The notes: generated by a model not told the origin, from the letters alone. Shown: positions 12,215 through 27,447, counted from the stretch's first letter. The stretch: 64,000 nt of DNA from the human T2T-CHM13v2.0 reference genome, Homo sapiens (GCF_009914755.1 NC_060934.1); one strand, 5' to 3'. Numbers and translations: made by a program.

Positions 12215-12330
12215 TGGGGGAGTCCTGCTTCTGTCAGGCATGACATTCCAAGTAGTTACAGATGACCTCCCAGAAACCAAGGGCAAAGACCAGACCTCTT
12301 GTTGGGCAAGGTTAAATTGTTCACTACACA
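12215..12330 (-). mobile_element. MER77/MER68-like LTR 5' fragment
   Basis: Reverse strand starts tgtgtagtgaacaatttaaccttgcccaacaagaggtctggtctttgccctt. Confidence 0.65.
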
Positions 12331-12570
12331 ACATCCAAATTGAGATGTCAAGTAGACTGTTGGGTATATGAGTCTGGAGTTCCATGGAAATGCCTGAGCT
12401 AGAACTAAAATGGTTGGGAGCCTTAGACATGAGGATATTATTGAAATCCAGGGGTAGGTAGAGGAGGCTTGAAGACAAAGCCTGGACACTGTACCATTTA
12501 GAAGAGGCATAGAGAGCCCGAGTCAGCAAAGCACACTGAGTGGTAGCAGCCAGTGACTTAAGAGGAAACT
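12331..12570 (-). mobile_element. L2 ORF2 fragment
   Basis: ORF 12191-12529 contains ELQTHIPNSLLDISIWM, similar to the L2 RT-region motif ELQTHISNCLLDISTWM. Confidence 0.75.
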
Positions 12571-12784
12571 AAACCCTTTCATGTCTTTGATATATATAGA
12601 GATAGATCATTATGGTACAATACCAGAATGGTTAAAGGTGTCAGAATCATAAGTACCAGAGAGTTTGAAAGGAAGAAATATTACTAGTGTTTAATGGAGC
12701 ACTTAATATGCATTAAGACTTATGCTTGCATTGTGTACAAAACTTCAGCAGCTATCTACTCCTTTGAATTCTGCATTTTATAAA

Positions 12785-12975
12785 AATTACTAGCATTTAG
12801 TGAGTGCTTAATATGAGTTAGGATTGATGTTCACATTATGCACAAGACTTTATGAGGTATCTTTTCTACTAAATTCTCCATATTACAGAAAAGGCGTTAA
12901 GTCTTAAGAGGGTAAAGTAACTGGCCCAAGGCCAAATGAGATTTACTCCATGTCCATCTGACTCTAAGGCGCTTT
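12785..12975 (-). mobile_element. MIR SINE
   Basis: ctagcatttagtgagtgctta...aagtaactggcccaaggcc...tctgactctaagg. Confidence 0.65.
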
Positions 12976-13359
12976 CTGTAGGGCTATTGGAAGCAGACGT
13001 AGAATTGCTCTATGCAGCAGCAGAAGGCAGCCCCAGGGCCATGCTGGAGCTACTGAGATGATTTCATTTGGCGCAGGGAAGCCTTTCTGATACCTGTGGC
13101 TCTGTGAGCCACACGTAGGTAGTGGCATTCCTTACAGCAGTGTGTTCAGGGAGGCGTGGACAGTGTCTTCTTTCCAGTTCACCCTGCTGCTCCTTGTGTG
13201 TGACAGGCTGCTACTGGGGGCCAAGCTCTTTTTCTGAGCTTTCCTTTTTTTTTTTTCTTTCTGTGCCTTCTGGGCGATTAAGTGTAATTCAAATACCACA
13301 ATCCACTTACTTTTTTCACACCTTGCCTCCAAGGTTTATTTCCCATACCTTCAATTTTC

Positions 13360-13661
13360 TTTTTTTTTTTTTTTTTTTGAGGCGGAGTCTCACTCTGTCG
13401 CCCAGGCTGGGGTGCAATGGCGCTATCTCGGCTCTCTGCAAGCTCCGCCTCCCGGGTTCACACCATTCTCCTGCCTCAGCCTCCTGAGTAGCTGGGACTA
13501 CAGGCACCCGCCACTGCGCCTGTCTAATTTTTTTTGTATTTTTAGTAGAGACGGGGTTTCACCGTGTTAGCCAGGTTGGTCTCTATCTCCTGACCTTGTG
13601 ATCCACCCGCCTCTGCCTCCCAAAGTGCTGGGATTACAGGCGTGAGCCACCGCACCCGGCT
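13360..13661 (-). mobile_element. AluY
   Basis: gcaagctccgcctcccgggttcacaccattc and accgtgttagccagg. TSD aattttctt. Confidence 0.95.
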
Positions 13662-13739
13662 AATTTTCTTAAATGAAAATCATCCAGTCAATAAGCTGCA
13701 ATTTAGTGCATGTCATGTGGCTGGTGCTATACAGGACTA

Positions 13740-13893
13740 AACTGGGCACTAAATGTGTGTCAGGTACTGTGCTAGGCACATTCCAACAACCCAGTGAGGT
13801 AGGGATTACGATTCCCATTTAAAGGTGGGGAAGCTTCAGAAAGGTGAAGTTGCAGAGCCAGGATTCAAACTTTAGCCGGCCTGGCTCCAACCC
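13740..13893 (-). mobile_element. MIR SINE
   Basis: caacaacccagtgaggtagg...gcagagccaggattcaaac. Confidence 0.7.
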
Positions 13894-14304
13894 CCATATA
13901 TAATAACTCTGACTTGACCATGGTGTTACACTTCTTGAGGTTGTCCAGGCTCATGTGCAAGCTGTCTTATAAACCTTACTGGTTAATTAGAGGATTGCTG
14001 TGTTTCTCACCATAAGCCATTAGCAGTAAATGAGTAAGTATTGAAGTTTTGGTGAAGGCTCAACGTCAGAAAGCTTAGCTCAGCAATAACGTGGTTCTTC
14101 CTTGAATATCAGCTGTGGGCAATAGGGGCTGGACACCCACCCACGTCCATAGCTGCCAGTATTTATGCTGACCCAACACTTAGGCAGGGCTCAGCCTGGG
14201 ACGCGGGTGCCTGTGGTAGGGGAGCAAGCACTAATTTCTACATAATTTGAATCTTCAGCTTCATGCTGTTTTTTTGGCTAATGATACTTTGTCACTAAAT
14301 CACT

Positions 14305-14480
14305 GTAGACTTTGCAAAGTGCCTCCTCCATAATCTTATGTGATCTTATACCTGGAGGCACACAAGGTAGGTGCTATTGTTCCTGTTTCATAGGTGAGGA
14401 AACTAAGATGCAGGGAGGCTGAGCAAAATGCCCCAAATTACAGTCAATTACGGCAGAACAGGGACTCCCATCTGCTTTCT
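14305..14480 (-). mobile_element. MIR SINE
   Basis: ttcataggtgaggaaactaagatgcagggagg. Confidence 0.7.
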
Positions 14481-15751
14481 GCTGCCTTTCCAATGACCTA
14501 CATCTGCCTACCAGCACCTTGACTGTGGGCCCAGGGAGAGGAGTCTAACCGCCTTCCAGAGCTGGAGAGGTAAGTATTGGGGGAGAAAAAGAAAAAAGAC
14601 AACAGCTATTGTGTTTTTCTATGGGAAGTGCTGTACAAAATTTGATTATCTCCAGATTCCAAGCCAAGCCTGGCAGCTGGGCTAGTACCTAATTCTTAGG
14701 CTTGCCCATGCATGGAGGAAAGTGGGATACTGAAGACATATAAGGCATTATTGCTGCATTAATGAAGGAGCGTGCAGTGATTGCACTGTGAAATTTACCT
14801 GGCAGCTCAGCAGGGAAATTGCAGCTAATTAATTTTGCCTGACTTTATGGAAGCTTCCCATTTTTAATCCTCTCTCTGCTTTATGCCAGAACGTGAGTGA
14901 GGGGGATGTGGATGGAAATGTAATCTGTTACTTGCAAAGTAGCTTCTATGTGTGGTGGCCTGGCATTTACTCCATAGCCCACCCTCATTTTCCAGCATAG
15001 ATATTCTCTTCTCATGGGGCCTGGGCGGAAAGAAAGAGGGTTTCATTTCAATTCCAGCAGAACTGCAGAGGAATTGAAAATAAGGAATTCAGAGAAGGAA
15101 GAAGAGGATTTAAGAGGCTGGCTGTGCAGATTTGATGGAGAAATTCAGAGCATATTTTTGGAGCTGGAAATGTTCTCAGAAGTCATCTATTCGATCCTAT
15201 CGATTCTAGCCCTTCCTTGTAAAGTGTGGCAATCTCTGAGTCAGTCTGGACTGTGACCGAGGAAATTGACCTGTAAGAGGTGAGCTTAGACAAGGGCCCA
15301 TGGAGCGATTATTGTCCAGTGCTTGATAAGGCCTAAGGATTGGGGGCGACATCTGAAAATGATCTGTGGCTGTAAGGATGGAAAACAGCATCTGATCCAG
15401 GCAGGTCATTTAGATCTGAACTGAACCATGATTAACTATATCTAGATACTCTGGCTGGCGGAGGGACCCACATTGGGCTGACGTTGAGGATCCAGCCTGG
15501 GCTGCTGCACCTTCTTAGTCTTCAGGCCTAGGGAGTGGAGCAGCAAGGGTTCCTCCAGCTGTGACTACATGTCCCCAAGGCATGCCAAAGCCCCTTTTAG
15601 GGAATCATAAGAGAATGCATTGCAGATCAAAACCAGGGGCCATCCCCAGGCCTAAGCCATTTTACAGAATTCTCTTTTCTTCTTTTGCTGGGCCCTGTCT
15701 TTTTTAGTGTTCCCACCAGTCATTCTGTTCCGTAGCCTGGGTGAGTGGTAC

Positions 15752-16138
15752 TGATATAGTTTGGATATTTGTCACCTCCAAATCTCATGTTGAAATTTGA
15801 TCCCCAATGTTGGGGGTGGGCCTGGCGAGAGGTGTTTGGGTCATGGGGGTGGATCCCTCATAAATGGCTTGATGCCATCCTAGGGATAATGAATGAGTTC
15901 TCTGTTAGTTCTCATGAGATCTGATTAAAAAGAGCCTGGAACTTCTTTCTCTCTGTTTCCACCTCTCACCAGATGATGCTCTCCCCTTTCCCTTCCACCA
16001 TGTGGAAGTTTCCTGAAGCAGATGCCAGCATCGTGCTTCTTGTACAGCTTGCAGAACCGTGAACCAAATAAATCTCTTCTCTTTGTAAATTACCCAGCCT
16101 CGGGTATGCCTTTATAGTAGTGCAAATGGACTAAGACA
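15752..16138 (+). mobile_element. MSTB (MaLR) solo LTR
   Basis: tgatatagtttggatatttgtc...aaattacccagcctcgggtat...caaatggactaagaca. Confidence 0.88.
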
Positions 16139-16844
16139 GATAAGAAGTAGGCTTCCCAAGTCTCTCCATTTTTGCTGCCCTGGTCTCTGGTTTTGGCCCC
16201 CCTTAGGAATGATCTTCTCTAAGCATTTCTTCTAATCCCTCCCTCCCACCTCCACATTTCACAATTGCCAGAGCCACAGGTCCCTGGAGCACTTGATTGT
16301 CCCCGTGTGAGCAGCCAGTACCGCGCAGGAGAGAACTTTGGCAGGAACACCGTGCACATCTGCAGCACAGCAGGAAGGTTACCAGCTTGGCTGAGGCTGG
16401 GGTTCAGCCATCTAGAGAAATGTGAAGGGGAACTAGCCTTGCCTCTTCCCTCCCAGGGCCTCAGAGGTTAGGAGAAAGCATGTCACCTCAGGGAGAACAT
16501 TCTGAACTACCGGGTTCCCTGTTCATGAAGCTTCTGGCTACCCAGGACAACCCTGAGGGAGGCCAAAGGTTTTTACCCATTGGTGTGAATCCGTGGGTGC
16601 AGGTACTGGGTGGAGAGAAGGGGTATTCCAGGCACAGAGAAAGGCAGAGGCAGGTAGGAGCAGGACATATTTGGAGAAGTGACTGGGGTGCAGAACACAA
16701 AGGGGGTTATCAAGTTGATGAGTCTATAGTAGTTGGCAGGGGCAGCTCACGAAGGTGGTGCTTCTTGACAAGGGACTTGGATTTAGAAGTACAAGAACCA
16801 CTGAAGATTTTCTTTTTCCTTATTAGATTTTCAAAATGTAATAA

Positions 16845-17070
16845 CTTTTTACTTTTTTATATTTTTAAGGTGTACCACATGTTGTTTCCACATAGTAAAA
16901 TAGTTACTATAGTCAAACAAATCAATGTATTCATCATCTCACATAATTACCCTTTTTTTGGTGTATGGCAAGAGCACCTAAAATCTATTCTTTAAGCCAA
17001 AATCCTGAACACATTATTAACTATAAAGCTGTCACATGGATATTAGATCTCTACACGTGTTCATTCTACA
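16845..17070 (-). mobile_element. L1MA-type 3' end fragment
   Basis: tttaaggtgtaccacatg...gttactatagtcaaacaaatcaatgtattcatcatctcacata...tattagatctct. Confidence 0.75.
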
Positions 17071-17576
17071 TGCCAATAACATTTTATTTAGGAGTAGTTT
17101 TTAGATTTACAGAAAAATTGCCAAGATAGAACAGAAAATCTCCATTTCCCCTGTGATACTGTGATCTGATTGGAACTATGTATAGGCATACCTCAGTTTA
17201 TTGCATTTCACTTTATTATGCTCTGCAAATATTGGGTTTTTTACAAATTGAAGTTTGTGGCAACCCTGTGTCAAACAAGTGTATCAGTGTCATTTTTCAA
17301 CAGCATGTGTTCGCTTTGTGTCTCTGTGTCAAATTTGGTAATTCTTGTAATATTTCAAACTTTATTATTATACCTGTTTTGGTGATCTTTGCCTAGTGAT
17401 CTTTAATGTAACCATTTTAATTGTTTTGGGATGCCATGAGCCATGTCCATATAAGATGGTGAACTTAATCCATAAATGTTGTATGTGTTCTGACTTCTAC
17501 CTATCAGCCATTCCCCCAGCTCTTTCCCTCTCCCTAGTCCTCCCTTTTCTCTGAGAGGCCAATTAGTAATCCTACA

Positions 17577-19588
17577 ATGACCTCTAAGTGTTCAAGTGAA
17601 ATGATGTGTTGGACATCTCTCACTTTAAATCAAAAGCTAAAAATGATTAAGCTTAGTAAGGAGGGCTTGTCGAAAGCCAAGACAGCCTGAAAGCTAGGCC
17701 TCTTGCTCCAGACAGCCAAGTTGTGAATGCAAAGGAAAAGGTCTTGACGGGAATTAGAAGTGCTACTCCTGTAAACACATGAATGATAAGAAAGTGGAAC
17801 AGGCTTATTGGTGATATGGAGAAAGTTTTAGTGATCTGAATAGAAGATCACACCAGCCACAACATTCTCTTAAGGCAAAGCCTCATCCAGAGCACGGCTC
17901 TGGCCCTCTTCCATTCTGTAAAGGCTGAGAGAGGTGAAGAAGCTGCAGAAAAAAGATTCAAAGCTAGCAGAAGTTGGTCCGTGAGGTTTAAGGAAAGAGG
18001 CCATCTCCATAACACAAAACACAAGATGAAGCCACAAGTGCTGACGTACAAGCTGCAGCAAGTTATCCAGAAGACCTAGCTGAGATCACTGATGAAGGTG
18101 GCTACCCTAAACAGATTTTCAATGTCCATAAAACAGCATTCTATTGGAAGAAGATGCCATATAGGACTTTTATAACTAGAAAGAAGTCAGTACCTGGCTT
18201 CATTGCTTCAAAGGACAGGCTGACTCTTGTTAGAGGCTAGTGCAGCTTGTGACCTTAAGTTGAAGCCAGTGCTCATTTGCCATTCTGAAAGTCCTAGGGG
18301 CCTTAAGAATTATGCTAGAGCTACTCTGCGTGTGCTGTATCAATGGAACAACAAAGCCTCGATGACAGCACATCTGTTTATATAATGTGCTTTACCAAGT
18401 ATTTTAAGCCCGCTGTTGAGACCTACTGCTCAAAAAGAAAAGATTCCTTTCAAAATATTACTGCTCACTGACAATGCAAGTAGTCACCCAAGAGCTCTGA
18501 TGGAGGTATACAAGGAGATGAATGTTTGTGTTCATGCCTGCTAACACAACACGCATTCTGCAGCCCATGGGTCAAGATGTAATTTTGACTTTCAAGTCTT
18601 ATTATTTAAGAAATGCATTTCATAAGGCTATTATCATTTCTGTAGATGGTGATTATTCTGATGGATCTGGGCAAAGTAAATTGAAAAACATCTAGAAAGA
18701 ATTCACCATTCTAGATGCCATTTAGAACATTTGTGATTTGTGGGAGGAGATTAAAATATCAACATCAACAGGAATTTGGAACAAGTTGCTTCCAACTCTC
18801 ATAGGTGACTTGGAGGGGTTCAAGACTTCAGTGGAGGAAGTCACTGCAGATGTGGAGGAAGTCACTGCAGATGTGGTGGAAACAGCAAGACAACTAGAAT
18901 TAAAGTGGAGTCTGGAGATGTGACTGAATTGCTGCAAAACTTGAACGGTTGAGGAGTTGCTTGTTTTCGATGGACAAAGAAAGTGGTTTCCTGAGATGAA
19001 ATCTCCTCCTGGTGAAGATGCTGTGAATATTGTTGAAATGATAACAAAGGATTTACAATATAACATAAATGTAGTTGATAAAGCAGCAGCAGGGTTTGAG
19101 AGAATTGACTCCAATTCTGAAAGCAGTTCTACTCTGGGTAAAATGCTGTTAAACACATGGGCACATAGAATGAAACGACACACGCTGGGGCTTATCAGAT
19201 GGTGGAGAGTTGGGGGAGGGAGAGGATCAGGAAAAATAACTAATAGGTACTAGTCTTAATACCTGGGTGACAAAATAATCTGTACAACAAACCCCCATGA
19301 CACAAGTTTACTTATCTAACAAACCTGCACATGTACCCCTTAACTTAAAATAAAAGTTAAAAAAATGGTGTTGAACAGCATCACATGCTACAGAGAAACT
19401 TATAATGAAGGGAAGAATCACTTGATGTTGCAAACTTCATTGTTGTTTTATTTTAAGAAATTGCCGCAGCCACCCCAGCCCTCAGCAACTACCTCACTAA
19501 TGAGTCAGCAGCCATCAACATGGAGGTAAGACCCCCCCACCCCCCCGCGCACCAGCAAAAAGATTATGACTCACTGAAGGCTCCTTAG
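17577..19588 (+). pseudogene. Disabled Tigger1 transposase ORF (TIGD1-like)
   Basis: Starts MTSKCSSEMMCWTSLTLNQKLKMIKLS with an early stop. Later WEEIKISTSTGIWNKLLPTL..EGFKTSVEEVTAD and [17 protein letters not shown]. Interrupted by an L1. Confidence 0.85.
19156..19362 (+). mobile_element. 5'-truncated L1PA (about PA12-15) 3' end inserted in Tigger1
   Basis: ggatcaggaaaaataactaat...aaacctgcacatgtacccc...aataaaag. 15-bp TSD aaatgctgttaaaca / aaatggtgttgaaca. Confidence 0.88.
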
Positions 19589-19609
19589 CATTTTTTATCA
19601 ATTAAAAAA

Positions 19610-19614
<5 letters not shown>

Positions 19615-19652
<38 letters not shown>
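19615..19652. repeat. (TA)19 microsatellite
   Basis: Seen directly, at the Alu tail. Confidence 0.95.
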
Positions 19653-19655
<3 letters not shown>

Positions 19656-19658
19656 GTA

Positions 19659-20285
<627 letters not shown>

Positions 20286-20310
20286 ATAAAGTATTTTTAA
20301 ATTAAGGTAC

Positions 20311-21304
<994 letters not shown>

Positions 21305-21374
21305 GTCTGCACATTGACTTTTTTAGACATAATGCCATTCTATACTTTATAGACTACAGTGTAGTATAAAAATA

Positions 21375-21738
<364 letters not shown>

Positions 21739-23146
21739 TTATGATATTCACTTTACTGAGATAGTCTAGAATGGAACCCACAACATCTTTGAAGCATGCC
21801 TATATTTGGTCTTCCTTCTGGGTTGCTGATAGAGCTTCTAAAACCCTTGGAATTTCCTGATTGAAGTGTGAGGAAGATTTTTTTGTTATATATAATAAGC
21901 CTCATTCAAACATACCAGAGTCTATGCTAATGAGATGACTCTTGGTGAGCCCAAAGGGAGCCTCAGGATGGGACTGATTGCCAGAGGAAGCAACAATATG
22001 ATTAGAAGGTTAGACTTTTCAGCCCCACTCCCCAACCTCTAGGGAGGGGCGAGGGGCTGGAGGTTGGGTTTAATTACCAATGATTTAATCAATTATGCCT
22101 ACACAACGAAATCTCCATACAACTCCTAAAACATGCTGTTTGGAGAGTTTCTGGGTTGATGAGCGCACTGAGGTGCTGGGAGGGTAGTACACCTGGGAAG
22201 GGACTGGAAGCTCCATGCTCCTTCCCCCAGACCTTGCCCTATGCATCTCTTCCATTTAGCTGTTCTTGAGTTGTATAAACCAGTAATAGTAAGTAAACTG
22301 TCTTCCTGAGTTCTCTGAGCTATTCTAGCAAATGTCCAAAATGAGGAGGGGGCTGTAGGAACAAACCGTCCCCCAACTTTACAGCTGGTTGGTCAACATG
22401 GATGTGTACCACCTATGACTTGTAATTGACATCTGAAATGAGGGCAGTCTCATGGGACTGCTCCCCTAATCTGTGGAGTCGGCATTAACTTTGGGTAGAT
22501 AGTATCTGAAGTGAATTAAATTATAGGATAACCAGTTGGTATACAAGGAGTTAGAGAATTGATTGGTGTGAGAAAAAGTCCACACAGTTGGTTTCAGAAG
22601 TGTTCTGTGGGTAGAAATTGATCATAGTAGTAGTAGCCCCAGACCCAGTTTCCCCTATTATTAACATTTAATATGTTATACTGTATGTTTGGTATATTGA
22701 TCATAATAAAGCAATATTGATTTATTAACTTCAGTTATTATTATTAGCTGAAGTGTACACTTTATTCAGACTTCCTTAGTTTTTACATAATGTCCCTTTT
22801 CTGTTCCAGGATCCCATCGGGGACACATATTACATTTACTCATCATGTCTCCTTAGGCTCCTCCTGGGTATGACAGTTCCTTAGGTTTTAAACAGGGCAC
22901 TACATTGTCAGATTTGAGTTTTGGAAAACTCTGGGACTAGAGTGATGACGAATGGGCGCCCTCTCACACATCGGCCCCAGGGTATAAAGAATGACAGGTA
23001 GACTTGCTTGCTTCTGGGTCTCTTAGTCTGTGGGGCAGGAGTCAAGGGAGGTAGGCTGTGCTGCCCACTGGGGCAGGGCCACACTCTACCTTTTCCAGAA
23101 GCAATGTTAACAAATGTATTCCTTTTATCTAGATTTTATTAATGTA

Positions 23147-23868
23147 TGAAATGACCTTTGCAAAAACTTTGACAGTGTGAGAAATTCACCACAGCAGAAT
23201 CCATCTTGCATCTGACCTCATACACTGTCCTTGCTCATTTCTTGATGTAGGCCAAGCTAACTATGGAAGGAACTTTATTTATGGTTCAACTTTAAAACAA
23301 AGATGATAATAGCCCCTTCCTGAAACTAACCCCCTCTTTGCTCAGGGACTGAAACCACCTTTGTAAAACTAACAAATCGGCCACAAGGTTAGAATTATGA
23401 TTCAGGGTTTGTAACCTCCCCAGTTGTTCCTATAGATAACATCAGTATTATAAAACCTAAAACTGATGTTTGAGGTATCTTTCAGACTTTGCATTTTGAT
23501 GGACCAGCTGGTGCCACCTGGGCTAGTAACCCATACCAAGAAACTAGGGGGTCTTGTGACTCCCATCCAGGAACTGATTCAGTGCAAGAAGACAGCTTCA
23601 ATCATCAAGAAGATAGCTTTGACCCCCTATGATTTCATCCCTGACCCAACCAATCAGCATTCTCCATTCTGTAGCCTTCTGCCTGCCAGACTATACTTGA
23701 AAAACCCTAGTCTCAGAAGTCTTAGGGAAGTGGATTTGAGATTTATCTCCCATCCTTCCACTTGGCTGGCTCTGTGATAAGTATACTCTTTATTTGGTGC
23801 AAAACCTGCTATTCTCAGTGCATTGGCTTTCCTGGACAGCAGGCAGAAGGACCTGTTGGGCTGTAACA
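23147..23868 (+). mobile_element. LTR8-family (ERV1) solo LTR
   Basis: tgaaatgacctttgcaaaa...tccatcttgcatctgacctc...gtaggccaagctaact...ttgggctgtaaca. Confidence 0.82.
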
Positions 23869-24360
23869 TATGTAGTTGTTTTATTTGTGGTCATTTAATC
23901 CATTTTGTGTCTGTAGATATTTCCTACTTCACTCTTTAGTTTATTCATTTTAATCTCTTTTTTTCTGGATTAGTCTTGTCAGAGTTCTATGTTGTTAATT
24001 TCCTCAAAGAACTAGCTGTTGGTTTTATGTAATGTCTACTTTTTTTTAGTTATTGGTTTCATTTGTTTTTGCTCTTATGTATATCATTTCTTCTTTATTC
24101 TTTTATTTTTTCTGTTATACCTTTTGCAACTTCTTAAATTGAATGTTTTCAGTGTCTTTATTTTGCTTGATAAATTTCTGAATATCTGAAAAGTTCTGCT
24201 TTAATTGTTCTCATGGATTTAGAAATGGAGTGTTTGTTACTGAGTTTTAAGTACTTATTAATTTAATTTTTGATTTTCTTAGCCCAAAAGTTATTTGTAA
24301 TATGTAATCCTGTTTGCTGGTCATAGGAATTTTGAACCTAACTTTTTGTTGGTAATTTCT

Positions 24361-24672
<312 letters not shown>

Positions 24673-25304
24673 TTTGTTGGTAATTTCTAATGTCATTGTA
24701 TTATGAGCAGAGAACATACTCTCTGTGATAATGTGATAATAAGTCCTTAAAATTATTGAGACTTCCTTTGTGGGCTAATATATGGTCATTTTTCGTGTAT
24801 GTATAACATTTAATTAAAAACGAATATTCTGTATTTACTGGGTATAGAATTCTCTATATTCAGTAATTCCGTTATTCAGATATTCTGTATTTTTACTTTT
24901 TTCCTGCTTTATCCTTTTCTGAGAGGGGGTATTACATTCTCCATATAATTGTTGATTTATATGTTTCTTTCCATAGTCTGTCTATTGTTTCTTTACATAT
25001 TTTGAAATTATATTGGAAGGTATGTAATATTCATGGCTATATTTCTTTACTCTGCTATTCCTTTTGATCAATAGATAACACTTCTCTGTGTTTTGAATTT
25101 AAGTTTGTCAGACATTAAGATTGTCCCCTCAACTTTCTTTTGCTCCATATTTGCCTGGGGTATCTTTTCACAGTCTTTTATTTTTTAAGGTTTTCTCTAT
25201 TCTTTGGTTGCAAATTTGTCTATCTAAGACAACGACTGTATTGGTGAATATTGTTTTCTTTAATCCAGTGTGGGAGTCTCATTTTAAATTGGTAAGTCTA
25301 ACCC

Positions 25305-25800
25305 TGTAGAAAAAAAAAATTCAAGACCTTCCAAATTTATTATGCAAAAGGGAAAAGTTAGGCCCTGAAAACTAAGTCATGTAACATGGCTGTTTTTCTT
25401 CTCTGGTGCATGACCATTGCTTCCTGGCCTTTTGTCAAGATGTTATCCATTAATGAGATTCCCTCTTCTTTATCCAAACCTAGACTACATGACGTTGGGG
25501 ATAGAGAACGTTGTGATTATTACCTCTTTAGAACAGAATGTAAGCAACCCCCTCAGAGAGTAATCAATAGTTGCCAATGAAATCTTATATCTGTATGTTA
25601 GCTTTTGTATGGAAAATGTTGTAATTCTGTTCCACGCCTTTGTTTTTGCCTATTTAAATGATCTTCATTTTCCCCCACGATGGGAGCACTGATCAGCATT
25701 CTTTGGTGTAGGTGTGTCCCCAGAAAGCCACCCTCACATTTTGTGCTTGAATAAACTCTTTTAACTAGATCCTGAGCCTTTTGATTATTTTCGATTGACA
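25305..25800 (+). mobile_element. ERV1 MER4-group solo LTR (MER87-like)
   Basis: TG...CA termini with a perfect 4-bp TSD accc, and AATAAA near the 3' end. Subfamily uncertain. Confidence 0.8.
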
Positions 25801-25957
25801 ACCCATTTGGATTTTTAAAATTATTACCATTAGATTAGAACTTATTTATGTCTGCCATTTTATGTCATGTTTTCCATTTGGTGTGTGCATTTTTTCTTTT
25901 TACTGTTTTTCATTGGGTAGGTTGAGTTTTATTGTGCTGATATAAAAGCCATATATT

Positions 25958-26155
25958 CTATTTTGCTCTTGTTGTGGTTTCTTTCTCTTGTCTGATTGAA
26001 TTGGCTCTCATCTCCAGGGTGTGTATTAGTGATAGTGGGCATCCTTGTATTGTATCTGACTGCAGTGCGAATGCCTCCAGACTTTCCCTGTTAAATATGA
26101 TGTATACTATGGAGAATGTACTCTTTATACTATCAGAGTTAAGGATAAACCTCAT
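25958..26155 (-). mobile_element. L1 ORF2 (RT) fragment
   Basis: IIFNRESLEAFALQSDTIQGCPLS...ANSIRQEKE resembles L1 [21 protein letters not shown]...ARAIRQEKE. Confidence 0.8.
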
Positions 26156-26338
26156 TTACCCCCCTCCCCACATGGCTGCAATGCATAAGGAGTTTAATAG
26201 TCATTTACTTTCATACTTTCTTACTTGCCAGGCCTTCTGAAAGAGCACACATTTTCTTTTGCAGAAACAGTGGTTTATCACATAATAACATTTGCAATAA
26301 CATTAAATAAAATTGACATTTTATTAATATTGAACATC

Positions 26339-26772
26339 TGTGGCAGAGAGAGTTGTTTACCCTAATATTCGTTTCCTTTTTATAAAAACCTTGATTTTCA
26401 CCTGGGTACACATGGCTGCATGAAATAAAGACTACACTTCCCATCTTCCCTTGCAGTTGGGTGAGGTCACATGATTAGATCCAGCCAATAGGATTAACAG
26501 GCATTATTATATAATACATTTAAGATGCTTTGCTCCTTCCTCCTCCCCTCCCTTCCTTGCTGCTTATAATATGAATGTGACAGCTGGAGATTCATGTTGT
26601 ATCATGAGCAGGAGGGCTGTCCCCTACAAATGGTGATAGATGATTCTGCAGATGCTATTCCAGCCCTGTCCTTCTTACATTGAAACAAGAGAAACATAAA
26701 CATCTATGTGGTTTAAGCCACTGTCATTTTGTGTCATGTTAGTTGCAGCTGAACTTAATCCTAACTAATGTA
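26339..26772 (+). mobile_element. MLT1J-like (MaLR) LTR
   Basis: tgtggcaga...actacacttcccatcttcccttgcagttggg...gtttaagccactg...gcagctgaacttaatcctaactaat. Confidence 0.75.
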
Positions 26773-27400
26773 GTTAGGATTTTGGGGTGTTGTTCATTTC
26801 TTATTGCTCGACGTTTTATACTATGCCTTTATGTTTTTATTTTGATTTAACATTTGGTCTGGGAAGCTAGTGTTTGGACTCATCAGATATGAGCTTGAAT
26901 TTTAGTTTTGTCAGTTACGAGCACAAAACTAGGAATATTTTCTATCTTTTTGCCTTAATTTATTTATTTATAAATGGTTAATAGCATGATTGTTTTTAGA
27001 TTAAATCTTTGTAGCAAGATGCCTGTCGTATAATAGCAACTTGAAGCATTTTTTTTTTTGCTATTCCTCTCTTTATGTACTCTCCATGCTAAGGAATCAT
27101 TTCCTAACCCTGCAGAATAATATTCCAAAATATTTCACATAAAAATGATTCTGTTTTGGCACTGAGTGACTTATACCATGATTTCTGCCCCATTCGATAG
27201 CTTTTCTTGATCTTTTTCTTTTTGTTTTCCTGTGAGCCTCAGGGTACCATGTCTCACTTGCTAATGCCAAGGGTAAGAGTTATTATAGCTCATGATCTAT
27301 TGCCATTAAATATCATTTTCAAGGAAGATTTAAAAAATACATGCTTGAAGTCTTTAATAAGGGGGAAGAATGAATTTCAAGAGTGTTCTGCAGTGAATTA

Positions 27401-27447
27401 TTAGGTTGGTGCAAAAGTAATTGTGTTTTTGCCATTACTTTCAATGG
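27401..27447. mobile_element. MADE1 (Hsmar1 MITE), one half only
   Basis: ta|ttaggttggtgcaaaagtaattgtgtttttgccattactttcaatgg. Confidence 0.88.

Noticed and set aside
14560-14569. 10-nt microexon with a ctaac branch point
   Set aside because: The branch point is only about 10 nt from the AG, the pyrimidine tract is short, and the length is not frame-preserving.
17577-19588. Functional TIGD1 or an active Tigger1 transposase
   Set aside because: Early stop, frameshifts and an L1 insertion.
27401-27447. miR-548-type microRNA hairpin
   Set aside because: Only one MADE1 arm is present, so the long stem cannot form.
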